Part shown: positions 11,710 to 23,647 of the stretch, piece after piece
Numbering within the stretch: the stretch's first letter is position 1
Layout: each line of letters opens with the position of its first letter
Source of the DNA: Cyanophora paradoxa CCMP329
Taxonomy: Eukaryota > Plantae > Glaucophyta
DNA length: 64,000 bases
NCBI GenBank assembly: GCA_004431415.1
Contig: QPMI01000495.1
Span: forward strand, 124,001-188,000
Direction: 5' to 3'
Notes under the pieces: generated by a model
The model's input: only the letters and a program-made list of their open reading frames with translations
Databases searched by the model: none
What the model was told of the DNA's origin: nothing
Made by a program: the position numbers and the translations under genes

Positions 11710-12124
11710 GTTCCGGCAGCTCCTGCAGCACGCCGTCCGGCGGCACCTCAAGGACGAGGACCCGCCGTGCACGCTCCAGCTCGTCTGCGAGGCCTGGACC
11801 TCGAAGACGTGCGGGGTGTGCGGCAAGATCAACTACGGGCTCGGCTCGAAGAGGGTCTTCGAGTGCCGCCCCGGGTGCGGCTTCCGGGCGGACCGCAACG
11901 GCGGCGCCGCGCGGTGCGTGTTGTGTCTATACACGCCTATACACAATCGCTGCTCCCCCCGCCTAGTCCCGACACGGCCTAGCCACGGCGTAATTTTCCG
12001 TCTAGGCCTGGGGCCGGCTCGCCCTCCCAGCGCCGCCCGATCGCGATCGTAATCGTACTCTTGCAGGAGCATCTTCATCCGCTACGGCACCGGCGTGGAC
12101 GCGAAGCGCCTGCTCGGCTCGTAG
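11710..12124 (+). mobile_element. Fanzor/TnpB-family RNA-guided nuclease, C-terminal fragment (RuvC-II, Zn ribbon, RuvC-III) with a spliceosomal intron; 5' truncated
   Basis: Exon 11710-11913 reads FRQLLQHAVRR...LQLVCEAWTSKTCGVCGKINYGLGSKRVFECRPGCGFRADRNGGAAR. A GT-AG intron (11914-12066) is followed by exon 12067-12124 SIFIRYGTGVDAKRLLGS*. Fits E.(Y/W)TSKTC..CG...F.C..CG...DRD.NAARNI. Confidence 0.88.
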
Positions 12125-12265
12125 CTAGGCTCGGCTCCCATCCCCTTTTTTCCATCAGGGCACCAGTCCCTGCGGGTTACGCTCTCACCCAAACAGCACG
12201 GGTACAGTTAAAGCGCTGTAGGTAGGAGGTCCGGCGCGCCCGTAGCTTAGAAAGAGAAGCAGACA
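12125..12265 (+). ncRNA. Candidate Fanzor omegaRNA scaffold / element right end, copy A
   Basis: Directly follows the Fanzor stop and is conserved with 25114-25256. Stems: caggg/ccctg (12156/12168), gggt/accc (12174/12187), tacag/ctgta (12203/12216), the last enclosed by acggg/cccgt (12198/12239). Confidence 0.65.
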
Positions 12266-12363
12266 GCAAAGATTTTTTACAGAGAACGGCGGGTCACTTT
12301 GATATCCTCACCGTTGACGAGGGGGCACCTGGATGGCAGAATTAGACAACGTGGAGCAGGTCA

Positions 12364-13556
12364 TCACAGAGACAGGGCACACGGGAAAAGGTTGAAGACG
12401 TTCAACATAGGCAGCATGGGCTCTGTGCTCTGCGTGACCACTTCTGCCTCTTCAGTCTCCGATGCGGGCTTGTGCAAAATCATAAAACCCAGGAGGATTG
12501 GGAGATATACGAGAGAAAGCTTGAACAGGTTGAGCGCCGAGGCGTGGTCTGGGTTGCGCCAGAACTTGTACGAGAAGAAGATCATGGCAGCGTTCAGCAG
12601 TGTTGACTCGGCAAGGAAGGGCAGTGTGGCCATGCTGTAGTACACTGCTGCAGCATTTATTGCAAGCAAGTAGACGGAGTGTCGGAGAGCTACGGCAGCT
12701 GCGCCCTTCTCGTTTGTCGAGGGCATCATTTTGTAGCCACCGGCAGAGTAATCCTTGCGGCTAAGCCAGGCCAGCGACATAAAGTGCGGCATCTGCCACG
12801 AGAAAAGAAGGGCGCCAAGGATGGCGGCCTCAATTGAGACAGTTCCCGTAGCACCCGCCCAACCGATCAGAGGCGGAATCGCGCCGACGACTGCGCCGAT
12901 CCAGGTGTTCGCAATGGTCTTCTGCTTGAGAGGAGTGTAGATGAAGCCATACAGGAAAATGTTGGAGAGCGCAAGTGTTGCCGCAAGTGGGTTGACTGTA
13001 GAATGAAGTAGCAGGAAGCTACTGATGCCCGTGCTCGCCGCGAACGCCACCGCCGGGCCAAGAGAAATGCGGCCTGACGGGAGGGGCCGATCCTTCGTCC
13101 GCTTCATGAGCGCGTCGAGGTTCCGCTCGAGGCACTGATTGATCGTGTTTGCGGAGGCCGAAGCCAGTGCGGTCCCCGCTGCCGTACACGCAAACGTGCC
13201 CCAATCCATGATCCCTCCGCTGCCCATGACGAAGCCGGCCTGAGGCGCTGCTAAGCGTGTAACGCGTGCTGGCGACGCCGGGGACCTTACCCCGCCTGTC
13301 ATTACTACGAGTGACGAGAGCCTCGCCTTGCTAAGCTCCAAGGCGATGCGAGCGTGGGCTCCAGCACGCCGCATCAGCGAGGGCGACTGGAGCACCGCCG
13401 ACGGTCCGGCGGGCATGGATGCCGCACTGCTCATCGACCGGCATCCTGCGCGTTGCGCTGTTGAGACGGGTGCGCTACCCAAATCGCGGCCAGGGGGCCG
13501 CTTCGGGCCCACGCACCCTGCGCCAACGAGCGCCGGAAGGCGGCTCCCACGAGCAT
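12364..13556 (-). CDS. COX10: Protoheme IX farnesyltransferase (heme O synthase); multi-exon
   Basis: LELSKARLSSLVVMT; DALMKRTKDRPLPSG; YTPLKQKTIANTWIGAVVGAIPPLIGW; WQMPHF. Start inferred from spliced presequence MLVGAAFRRSLAQG. Confidence 0.95.
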
Positions 13557-13909
13557 CCTCGCCCGCCGCCGAGCTGCCCCGTTTCGATACTACGGCGCGG
13601 GTGCCGGCTGCGTCCAGAATGACGCGTTACCCACGCGACCCAGGCGAGCACCCCTCCGAATTTCCAAAATTTAGCTACGAACCTAGCTCCCAACAAAACG
13701 CCGCCGACGACCCCGCGGCTGGCCGAAAGCAGGCGAACACCGAGCAGTGGCACGGTACCCCCAACGGCGGCACTGCCACACTGGCCGCACTGCCTGCCGC
13801 CAGCGATTCGCTGCCCGGGGACGCGTGTAAACGCGTGTAAACGCCTTTTCGAGCGAAGCCTACGCGCCGCGGCAGACGCATACGTACGTTGTGGCCGCGT
13901 GGAGCGGAG

Positions 13910-16379
13910 ATGACAGGGAGCGGAGACCACCTCAAGCTCGGCGCGATCGTGTGGGGCAGGACGAAGGGATTTCCATATTGGCCGGCGGTCATCATAGCTC
14001 CCGAGAAGGCTCCCGACAAAGTTCAAGGCCGCGGCAAGCCGAACCAGTGGTGCGAACTGCCTTGCGAGCATGCCGGTGAGTCATAGCTAACTCTCCTCAG
14101 GTGCTTCCGCTACCTTCCGTACGGGCGCAGTGCGTTCCGCCGCTCCCCACGCCCTATGCAGTGCTGATATGCGTACGCGCAGATGAATAGTGAGGCTGAT
14201 TGGTTTCATGCTGTTTTAGTGGGCGTCTTTGTGACCTGTCCCCGCAGTGACTGGGGTTCCTCGACCGACATCCTCGATGTGTGTTCCCCACCAGCGGCCA
14301 CCGCCGTGTCGGCTGCGGAACCCACCTAGGCTCCGGTATTTGTCACTCCCAAAATCTAATCTCTGTTTCGCCGTGCAGTTCAAGGAACATAGAGAAGAGA
14401 AGATGAAGCAGGTGAACCTCTATTAGCGTGAACCATTGTCCTTTCATTTGATACTCTGACCTTAAGCTTGTTTTTCAGAATGTCGGCAAGAAACTTAATG
14501 AAAGCTTTCGAGAAGGCATAGCCAAGGCGGACAAGTTCCTGGAGTCCGGGGACGAGACGTTGCTGGATGAGGAGGATGAGTCCGATGATGATGATGCAGA
14601 GCAAGAGAACGAAGAGGAAGAGGAGGATAAGGCGAAGGACGCGAAGCCCAAGAAGCGGAAGGCAAAGGCGGAGGAGGATGAGGAGTACTCAGGGCAAAGT
14701 GATCACGAGAAGGAGAAGGAGAAGGAGAAGGAGAAGAGGAAGCACCGAAAAAAGGAAGACAACAAGACATCCAAAAAGGAGGAGTCAGAGCCCAAGAGGC
14801 GCAAGCGGGTCATCGATGATGATGATGGCGATTCGAAGGCAAGTCACATCGTTTTAGTGTCGGTCGTTGTTGAAGTTAAATACTTACTTCTAACGTGTCC
14901 CTGCAGCCTCCAGAAAAAGTAGACATCGAGTCTGAACTGAGAAGCCTGAATGACAAGGTCGCAAAACTGGGGGATGATGAGAAGAGCTCATACGAGAAGT
15001 CACTCCAGTCTGCCGAGCTCCTTGTCTTCTTGCTCAAGAACGAGAATTCGAAACAGCACGAGATTTCACATGTACGGGGAATATGCAATGCCGCTCTCGT
15101 GTGTTAAGCTCCTTAATTATCATCAATCCACAGGTTTCAAAGATTGCAGGGCAGCTCGAGTCCAACCTGGCGCAGTACAGGAATTCGGTGATTGGAATCC
15201 AAAACACCCTGAAGAAGCTTCAAGCAGGGTGTTCAGATCTGCAGAAAATGGACAGAGGGAACGCGGTGAGAATCATGCAGGAGACTGGCATTGGCAAGAA
15301 TGTCAACAACCTGGTGAGGCGTTCGAAGGAGGCTGGAGTTGCATCGCTTGCAGAAACAGTGGCACGTTTCTTTGAAGTTGTCTTATCTCTTGTGTACTTG
15401 TGTTTCTAAACATCTGAAGCAACAGGTGAAGCAACTGAAGGAAATCGCATCAAAGCCAGCACCAGCAGCTCCTTCGCCTGTTCCGCCTTTGTCCACAAGT
15501 GAAAGCAGGGCTGATAAGACAGAGAAAGTGGAGAAAGCGGAGGTCAAGACCGAGAAAGCAGAAATAAAAACTGAGCGGGTGGAGGTGGCAGCGGGCTCAT
15601 CTGGAGATGTATCTTCGTCCTCCAAGCAATCTGCACGGGCTCCTGATGACGTTCGTGGCAAAATGCGGTCGCTCCTCACTGAATCGTTTGGCGCTGATGT
15701 CACTGAGGTAAGGCACTGTGCACTGATGAATTTTCATGTTGCTGACACAGGTGGGCCACAGACAAATCTGACCCCCCAGCAATGCGCTATGGAAATCGAG
15801 GCAGCCATTTTTGAGAGATTCTGGACCGAAGCACAAGAGTCGAATGCTCCGAAACCGTACACACAGAAGGGCAGGAGCCTCATTTTCAACATTCAACGCA
15901 ACCCGCAGCTGCGTAACATACTTCTCATGGGGCAAATGTCAGCGGCAGACCTTGTGTTGAAGGACTCAAAGGTGCGTTTCTTATCATGTCGCCCTGCCAT
16001 TTGCATTTTTGATGTGACACGCAATGCCTTGACTAGCAATGTTCATGCAGTCTAGCAATTATCTGGTCACATAATCGTAATCGCAATTCCTCGCAGGAGC
16101 TAGCCCCGGAGGAGATGCAGAAGCAGCGGCAAGCCTGGGCAGATTGGCACAAAGCAGCAATCATGCCGCAGCAAGGGAACGAGGCCACAACCGACCAATT
16201 CAAATGTGGCAAGTGCGGGAAACGTGAAACAAAGTATTACCAGCTCCAGACGCGATCAGCAGACGAGTGCGTGTGCTTTTCCGCAGTTAACCTGCTGCAC
16301 ATGTCCCTAACTGAATCTCAGGCCCATGACAACATTCGTCACCTGCACGTTTTGTGGGCATCGCTGGAAGTTCTGCTGA
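13910..16379 (+). CDS. Transcription elongation factor TFIIS with an N-terminal PWWP domain; multi-exon
   Basis: PWWP: GAIVWGRTKGFPYWPAVI. TFIIS-N: MQETGIGKNVNNL. Central domain: VRGKMRSLL...YTQKGRSLIFNI. Zn ribbon: TTDQFKCGKCGKRETKYYQLQTRSADE|PMTTFVTCTFCGHRWKFC*. Confidence 0.85.
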
Positions 16380-16627
16380 TAAGCATTTGGACACGAATTA
16401 AATTGCAACGGTCCGGGCTGCAAGTGTGGGATGTACACTGTGGCGCCGCTGCCGTGGGCCCAGTTCACCAGCAAGCCAGCCGGCCGGTTCCTGTCCCCGG
16501 ACTTGCCACACTCGCGACCCCGACTTGCGATCTAGTTTGCGTCCAAATGCTCTGACAGGGCGATTTTCTGTTTACAGAAAAAGGGGATACATATCAAAAA
16601 GAAAACAAAGAAACAAAGGCTAAGGAC

Positions 16628-18849
16628 TCAAGGCATTGGGCGCCCCGTCTTCAAGGCTTCTTCCCATGGGCATGGCGTGCCATCAGGCCAGTCCGATCTA
16701 ATGCGAACGTTGCGCCTCATGGCCTTCCAGACTGCGCTGTTGCACTTGAAGCCGGATCCGAATGCGATCTGCCAGATTCGATCCCCGGACTTGACACGGC
16801 AGTCGGTCTCCAGGTACTGCAAAACTTCAGAGAAAGTGCAAAGTGCACTTTGATGTTCTTGCGTACCAGCAACTCGTACCAGACCGACGCAGAGGACGTG
16901 TTGCCAAACCTCCAAAGCGCTTGCCTGGAGGGCAGCACAAGATAATCATCCAGCGACATGTTCTTCTGGATGGCTGCAAGACCGCTGAGGTCAAGCTAAA
17001 ATAAACAAGAGACAAACACGGCTACCATCAATCACTGCACGACCACCAGCATGGATGCAGAAATGCTCAAATGCCCGAGTGAAGTCGGGGATGTAAGGCT
17101 GGGTGCAAGTCAGTTTGTGCAAGATAACACTGGTCAAGAAAGCAAACCTTGCATTTGATCTTCAAAACCTTTCGGGCCACCAGATTGATGAAGAAGTTGA
17201 TCTGCTCGGACAGGGGCAGAACCAGAGGACCTGAAACCACTTATAGTCGACGAACTCTTGCTACAGCACACCAAGGCCCGCACCGAGAGTGGTGATGTTG
17301 GTTTTCAAGGCATCTCCGGCGATGTTCATGAGCTCTTTCGAGAGATGTACACCGATCTTGTTCTTCTCATCCTCGCGCTGGAACACACACTGATACGCCT
17401 TGTCGTCCGAGCCCTGGGACGGGGCGTCAGCCCGCACACAGTTACGGGCAAAATCTCCCTGTCGGCCGAACCTTGTGGGTGCGGACAGTGTGCATGAGCT
17501 TGTACTTGGCACGGAAACGGTCCTCCCAACGGTTTGACAACAGGATCGCAGCGCCACCCATGCGGAAGAGCGTGTTGGGAATGAGCATGGACTACGTGCA
17601 GCCTTAGCGCAGATCGGGCGAATGTCGTGAATAGAACAGCGGACCCGCTCGTTGCCGAAATACCAGTTCTGGGTGATGTTTTCCGTGCTGATGATGAGTG
17701 CGCGGGAGCGAGGGTGGACCTGAACGCGGATAAGATTTTTGTGAGAGAGAAAAAGAAAAACTCTAAAAAATTACCTGGAGTAGGTCCTTCGCGAGATCAA
17801 TCGAGATGACGCCCGCACTGCAACCCTGAGCCGGAGGGTAAGCAGGAGCAGCGCGCGAGGCGTGCAATCTTTGGCAAACCATTCCACTCAGATTGTAGCT
17901 GCGGATGTTGCTCCGCATCTTGTAGTGGTTGATGATCTGGATGCGGCGTCAGAAAAGGGAAACGACAGGGGGGAAAAGAAGCGGACAGACCATGGCCGAC
18001 AGGCTGGGGGTCGGGTTGAACAGGCTGCAGTTGACGATGAGAATGTCGATTTGCTTCGGAGTGAGGCCGGTTTTGCGGAAGAGATCGTCGATGCAACCGA
18101 ACATGACGATCTCCGCCTCCTCGCGGGCCAGCTTCATCGAGCACTCGGCAGGAACCTTCCGCACGCCTGCGCGTGCGTAAGGAGTCAACATGATAGGATA
18201 CGCCGAGCTGCACGCACCGGGCGGGAGGTGCGTGTCCGGACCGACACCGTTCCCATTGGAAATTTTGACCTGAAAGTCCATGCTTTCCGGCGTGAAGTGG
18301 CCAGAGTTCCTGCTCTTCGTCAAGAACTCCTCCATTGTAACTTGATGCTCGCCGCCGGGCAGGAAGCAAGCAAACTCCATCAAGTAGACCGGGACGGAGC
18401 GGTGGAAGAAGTACATCTGCGCGCGCGCGCGCTCAGAGCGCTCGGGTCGAGCAAGGGCATCTAAACTAACCAGCACGACAGCGACTGAGAGCCCCGAGAA
18501 GAACATCAGGTTCGCAATGTGCGTGTGGACGATGCCGAAGATCACTTCGACGTCCTCCCAGGTGAGGCCATAGATGGTCTGGAGCACAAGGCCAAGCAAG
18601 AGAGGCAGCACGACGACGAAGAGAAGGCTGGACCACTCGCGGCTGTTGTAGCCGCGGCGCACGTAGGGCAACCTATCCGGGCGCTGTTAACGGAGACGGG
18701 AAAGGGCGCGGAGGGTGGAGCTTGGGAGCGAACTTTGGGTCCTCATTCGTCAGATCCGGCAACTTCTTCGCCCGCCGGGGCGCTTCGACCGTGTCGGCGG
18801 ACTTGTCGTGTTCGGACTTCGCCGGAGCGGCACCGTTCGCCGTCGCCAT
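16628..18849 (-). CDS. 3-ketoacyl-CoA synthase (FAE1/KCS-type elongase); multi-exon
   Basis: [20 protein letters not shown]; [17 protein letters not shown]; [11 protein letters not shown]; [17 protein letters not shown]; [22 protein letters not shown]. Confidence 0.95.
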
Positions 18850-21761
18850 TCTAGATTCAATGCGCTCGCGTCCGGCGGCGGCGCCGCGCTTCGCGCACTC
18901 CGAGACGAGACGCGCCTCACACACTCCGCGCGAAACCGAGGGAGTTCTTGTTGTACCCCCTGCTTGACGATGACGAGCCGGACGGGGTTGTCGCGATCGC
19001 CAAACGTCACAAGACTAGTACTAGCTAGTACTCATGCACAGCGCCGCGGCGGGTCCAGAATGATAAAGATTATCCAATAATTATATTTTTTTTTGAGAGA
19101 CTACGGTGGGGCGAACCCCCCGTAGGAAGTGATATTAAAGACAACAAAGCAATCACAAATCAAAGATACAGTAAACTAGCACAAAATATATACAGAATCA
19201 AGAGGGAGCACGAGAAGGGACACGATCAGAAGAACAATTATATATATGTATATATCGAAATCGAAGTCCGTCCAACCTTGTGCAAATTAAAACACCGTGC
19301 ATGGCACCTGTGCATGCGCATGCAGCTTTCGAATTCAAAAAGTTTCGTCCCTGGTGATCATCGGATTTCGCCCGCCGGGCCGGGCCGGGCCGCGCAGCTC
19401 GCAAGCCTAGGCGCTCCAGATCCTCCGATCCGAGGCTCTGGGTGGGAGGCTCGTCGATCGAGTGGGCGCCTGGCTCCTCTTATTTAGTGCTTCGAGGCTT
19501 TTCGATTTTGATCTCACTGATCATGAGTCAACGTACTACCGCGCTACGGTACCCATGGCCATATGCATTTCGCCCCGAGCCGGGCCGGCGCCCCGGGCCC
19601 GGGGCAGGCTGCAATGACTCCATGTGGGGCGCCCGGCCCGGCCCCCATGGGGCCAGGGCCCGTACTATAGCTACATAGCTATAGGTACGTATACGTAGGC
19701 GCTCCAGCCACCGCCCCGACTCGGGCGAGACAACCCGCGCCACCACGCCACGCCGCCCCCATGGCCTCGGCCGGCCCTCTAGATCTGTGCGGGCACATGT
19801 GGCTATAGATAGCTATAGCTAGACGTCGACATCGACTGTCTGTGGAGAGGCGCATTGGGGAGGAGCTGGATTTTTTTTTATATTACTCTCCTTAGGTGCT
19901 TTTTAGTTTTTTAATACGTGTCCAAATGCTAGGTCCTAGGTCATCCACATGAATTAGTAACACACAAACATTCTATATAAGGAACTCTGCTAATGCGCTG
20001 CCAGGAATAACGAATTAAATACAAGGCTTCCAAAGTTGACGTTGACTGTGCCTCGGTGGTGGACATCACGTGTCACGTCAAAATGCACAAGGTACGCATG
20101 GAACCGGACATTTCTTCTTAATAGGTGTCGAAGTTGACCACCTGTGCAACCCCAGCGAAGCCGCCACCGTCAGCCGCCAAAAGAAACAAAACTATCTATC
20201 TGCAATTATGTGGACCTGGCACTGGAAGGGGCGGAGGGGCATGCAGATGCGATCTTCGAAGAGAGATACCCAGTCATCCCACGCGTACATGATCTGCTCG
20301 GCGAGCATGGGCGGAGTCTGCAAATCCAGCGCCCACACAACGCGTGCTTGCCTGCTTGCGTGGCAGGTGTGCGTATGCGTCGTGTCCATTGTAGTGGAGG
20401 ACCGAAGGGTGAATGTCATGTGAGAGGCACCTTTGCCAGGAAAGTTATAAGGATGGTGACAATAAATCGGGGCACAAGCAATCATGTTTTCCACCTGCAG
20501 TGGCCCCAACGCTGCACCTCCGAAATCCACTTGCCGCGGGGCATTGGACTGAGGTTCACCATCTTGGCAACCTCTGCAGTAAACATGATCAGATTCATGC
20601 TAGCACGGGGTGCTAAGAGGGCCTCGCCGGTCCAGGGAAGGGGTCGTCCCTCCATGTGGGCCCTCAACATTGCCTCCAGTGCAACAGCCGTGCAGCTAGT
20701 GTTCCGGAAGAAAGCGAACCCTGCAGTCGAGTATCATACTTTAATGGCAAGAAAAAAGGACAAATCGGGAACTAGAGCACCAGGCAGGGGCGAGACGGGA
20801 ATGCCTGTTCCGAAGTCCCCAGTTGGCGAGTCATCCCCCACCAGCATCTGAGAGGCCGATCAGCTTCTATGCAGATGGCGGAGCTGAGCGGAGGGCTTGC
20901 CTCGGCCCAATCCTCGATAAGGGGTGTCGGGTCCTCATGCCAGATCTAGGAGGTACGGGGTGACACACGAGGCTACAGGAAATTCGAGAAATGGGTGGGG
21001 TGCTCACCGTGGAGGTGTCAAGCGAGAGAACATTGAAGCCCTACCACGTGCCAAAGTACACTCAGGCATGGCTGGAAATGTCGCATACTGAATTCTACAC
21101 GCGCGGGAGATGTACCTGGCGGACGAGGTAGAGCGAGTAGTACATCCGCAGAAGCGTGAAGTCATTGCCCTCAAGCACAGTCCTGCGTAGGATGTAAAAA
21201 TGGAGGGGGCTCGTGTGAGCAAGTGCTGCCATGGTACACCCAATGCCATTATTTGATTTATTATAATGCTATGGCGCTATGCATATTGAAATCCGAACCG
21301 ATTGAATGGAGCCCTGGAGTCAGGGATGTACACTGGATCGCCAGGAAGGTCCCCCACCTAGAAGGGTATTCAGCAAAAGCGGGGGCGCGTGCAGGGGAGG
21401 GGGTACACGGACGTAGTAGGCGGGAAGGTCACGCGACATGGCGCGCTCGTAGGTTTTCTGGTTGACCGTGATCACTAGGATGGACTCCTGAAAAAATATC
21501 AGAGGACAATACATCGGGATGGCAGGTCAGATTGTGCACCTTGCCGAAGTAGGAGCCCGCAGGAAATCTGTACTTTTGGTAGTGGCACAGCAGGTTCTGC
21601 GCAGAGTACTCTCAGCTCTCGTGAACATCATTGAAAGAACTAAATGCACATAGAGGAACTTCAGGTTGTCGTAGTCTGTTACAAGAAGAAGAATCCCGCG
21701 CCGCTGCAGATACGCTCACATCGTGAGACATCGTTGTTGGAGTCGGTCAGTGGTCAGGCCT

Positions 21762-23492
21762 TCAGACCTGCTCGGTGGCGCGAAAGCCAGACATGTAGCG
21801 GATCCGCCCAAGACGGGGATCGGACATGAGATCCGCCGCCTCCGGGACTTCGCACTTTCGAGGGTCCTCCCGTCGGATCGGAAGGGCGGCCACAGGCTCT
21901 TGAAGTGCATGCAGCGCCGCAGAGAGCTCCTTGGCCTACGCGCGAGGCAAGGGCTCGGATCTTGAGATGGGAGGGCGGGGACCAGGGTGGCAGGAGGGCC
22001 CCGTGCCTGCTCGGGCGTCACGCCGCGGGGTACGTGAACGGTGACGGTGCCTGCCGAGCGCAAACTCTGAGAGGGTCGAATAGAAGTGTTCATTGCTCCT
22101 TTTTTCGCGGGCTCTCACTGTAGCGGGAAGTCTTGGAGCGGAGGTCGGCAAGCACTGGCCGGCATTTGGTCACGATCTCCAGGGACGCAAAGCGGACGCG
22201 GTCTGCGACGACGGTTCACACAGGCGTGCATGTACGAGATGGAAGGTGGGTGGTACCCAGCCACTTAATGTCCGTACGGGGGGGTGGCTTGGACTCGAGT
22301 CCCGCGAAGAATGAACCCATCGCCTGCATAGAGTCGGAGGGGGTACAGTGCGTGAGGAGCATGCTTCGTAGAGGATGTACCTCGATGAAACGCAGGCCGG
22401 TCTCGGTGCGGCCGGACTGCAAGCGGCTGCTGGCGATCCACTCCTGCGCTCCGGGTCATCATCACGCGCTCCACCGTGCCACGCCTAGACGATGCCGACC
22501 TCCAGAGCCCCGGCCCCGCTGACTGGCTCAGATACAATGACGAACACCGCGGGAACGGAGCTGGATGTGTGCGCCTCCTGCGGAGAGATCGTTTGCGGGC
22601 GAATGTGCGGGTGGGCAGCCCCCTGTCAGCGACGCCGTGCACCTTGTCCGGGGTCGCCGATGCGTAAAGAAGAACGGCGTTGGGCGCTGCGCCGGGCCCG
22701 TGCGGCCCCTCAAGGTGGTCGAAGGGGTCCTCAAGGTAGACAACCTGTGGTAGAGCTTAGGGAGGGAAGGCAGCTACGGGTTCGTGACCGTGCGAAGCTG
22801 CGCGCCTCCGGAGTGACGAACGCGAGCGATCGGACCGTCTCGAGGCGCTCCCTGGCGCGCACGCGCCCGAGCGCAGCCGCCGGCCGTGAGCACGGATCGG
22901 GCCTCGGCGGCCGCTGAGCATCGCCATGCGCCGCCGGCTCACCTCGCCTGAAAAACAGGATGCGCGACCTTCGAGCTCCGCGAGTCGTCACACTCCACGG
23001 TGCAGACGCTTCCCATCGCGGCGGCGAGCGGCCCCAGATCCAGCTCCGCGCAACCGCCTGTGCGGTCCGCGAAGACCTAGCGGCCGCACGTCAGGGGAGC
23101 GCGCAGGTCGATCCGCGGCCTCAGAGCCTCACCCGTAGCCGGTGCTTCGTGGGTCGCCGGCGCGTCCCCAGCAGCGCGCCCATGGATGCTGGGCTGGCAG
23201 CCGGTGACGCGGGGGACTCTGTCGCCGCCGCGTGCGGCGTACAGCTAGCGCGCGTGAAGTGGCCGATCCAGTTCGCGATCTCGGCGGGCGTGTGATCGTT
23301 CCAGAACAGGAAGGTGGCGCGCTCAGCGCCCGGTTGCGGGGCCTCGCCGGCGCTCAGATACGCCGGCGAACTGAGGAAGGCGTCGATGTGCGTAGCATTG
23401 GGCCGGTGCACCGTCAGCTTCGAAGCAGCCGTCGCCGCGTACGCAAGCACTACCAGCAGCGCTGCCCAGCGCGCGAAGCTGCCAGTCCCCAT
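21762..23492 (-). CDS. Hypothetical protein with an N-terminal signal peptide/anchor; multi-exon, internal structure uncertain
   Basis: [24 protein letters not shown], followed by GC-rich coding-like segments separated by intron-like gaps; no family recognised. Confidence 0.5.
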
Positions 23493-23647
23493 CCACTCTG
23501 ATCGATGCCGAAAGGCTGCCGCGACCATTCCGAGGTTTGGCCCAGTTCGATCTGAGCTCGGCCAAGGGAAGACGAACGTGCAAGATCCGTGTACCCTCCA
23601 ATCTTTTTCGGAAATTTTTTCCGGCCGGTTCGGCAAACTCCGGAGCT

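Noticed and set aside
12266-12290. Perfect in-window targets for the putative guides 3' of copies A and B
   Set aside because: By eye I found no second match longer than about 9 nt; a genome-wide search is needed.
19870-21650. Possible decayed transposon or pseudogene (minus-strand coding-like patches with stops, T-run at the left)
   Set aside because: No RT, integrase or transposase motif could be read convincingly; it needs blastx or an HMM search.
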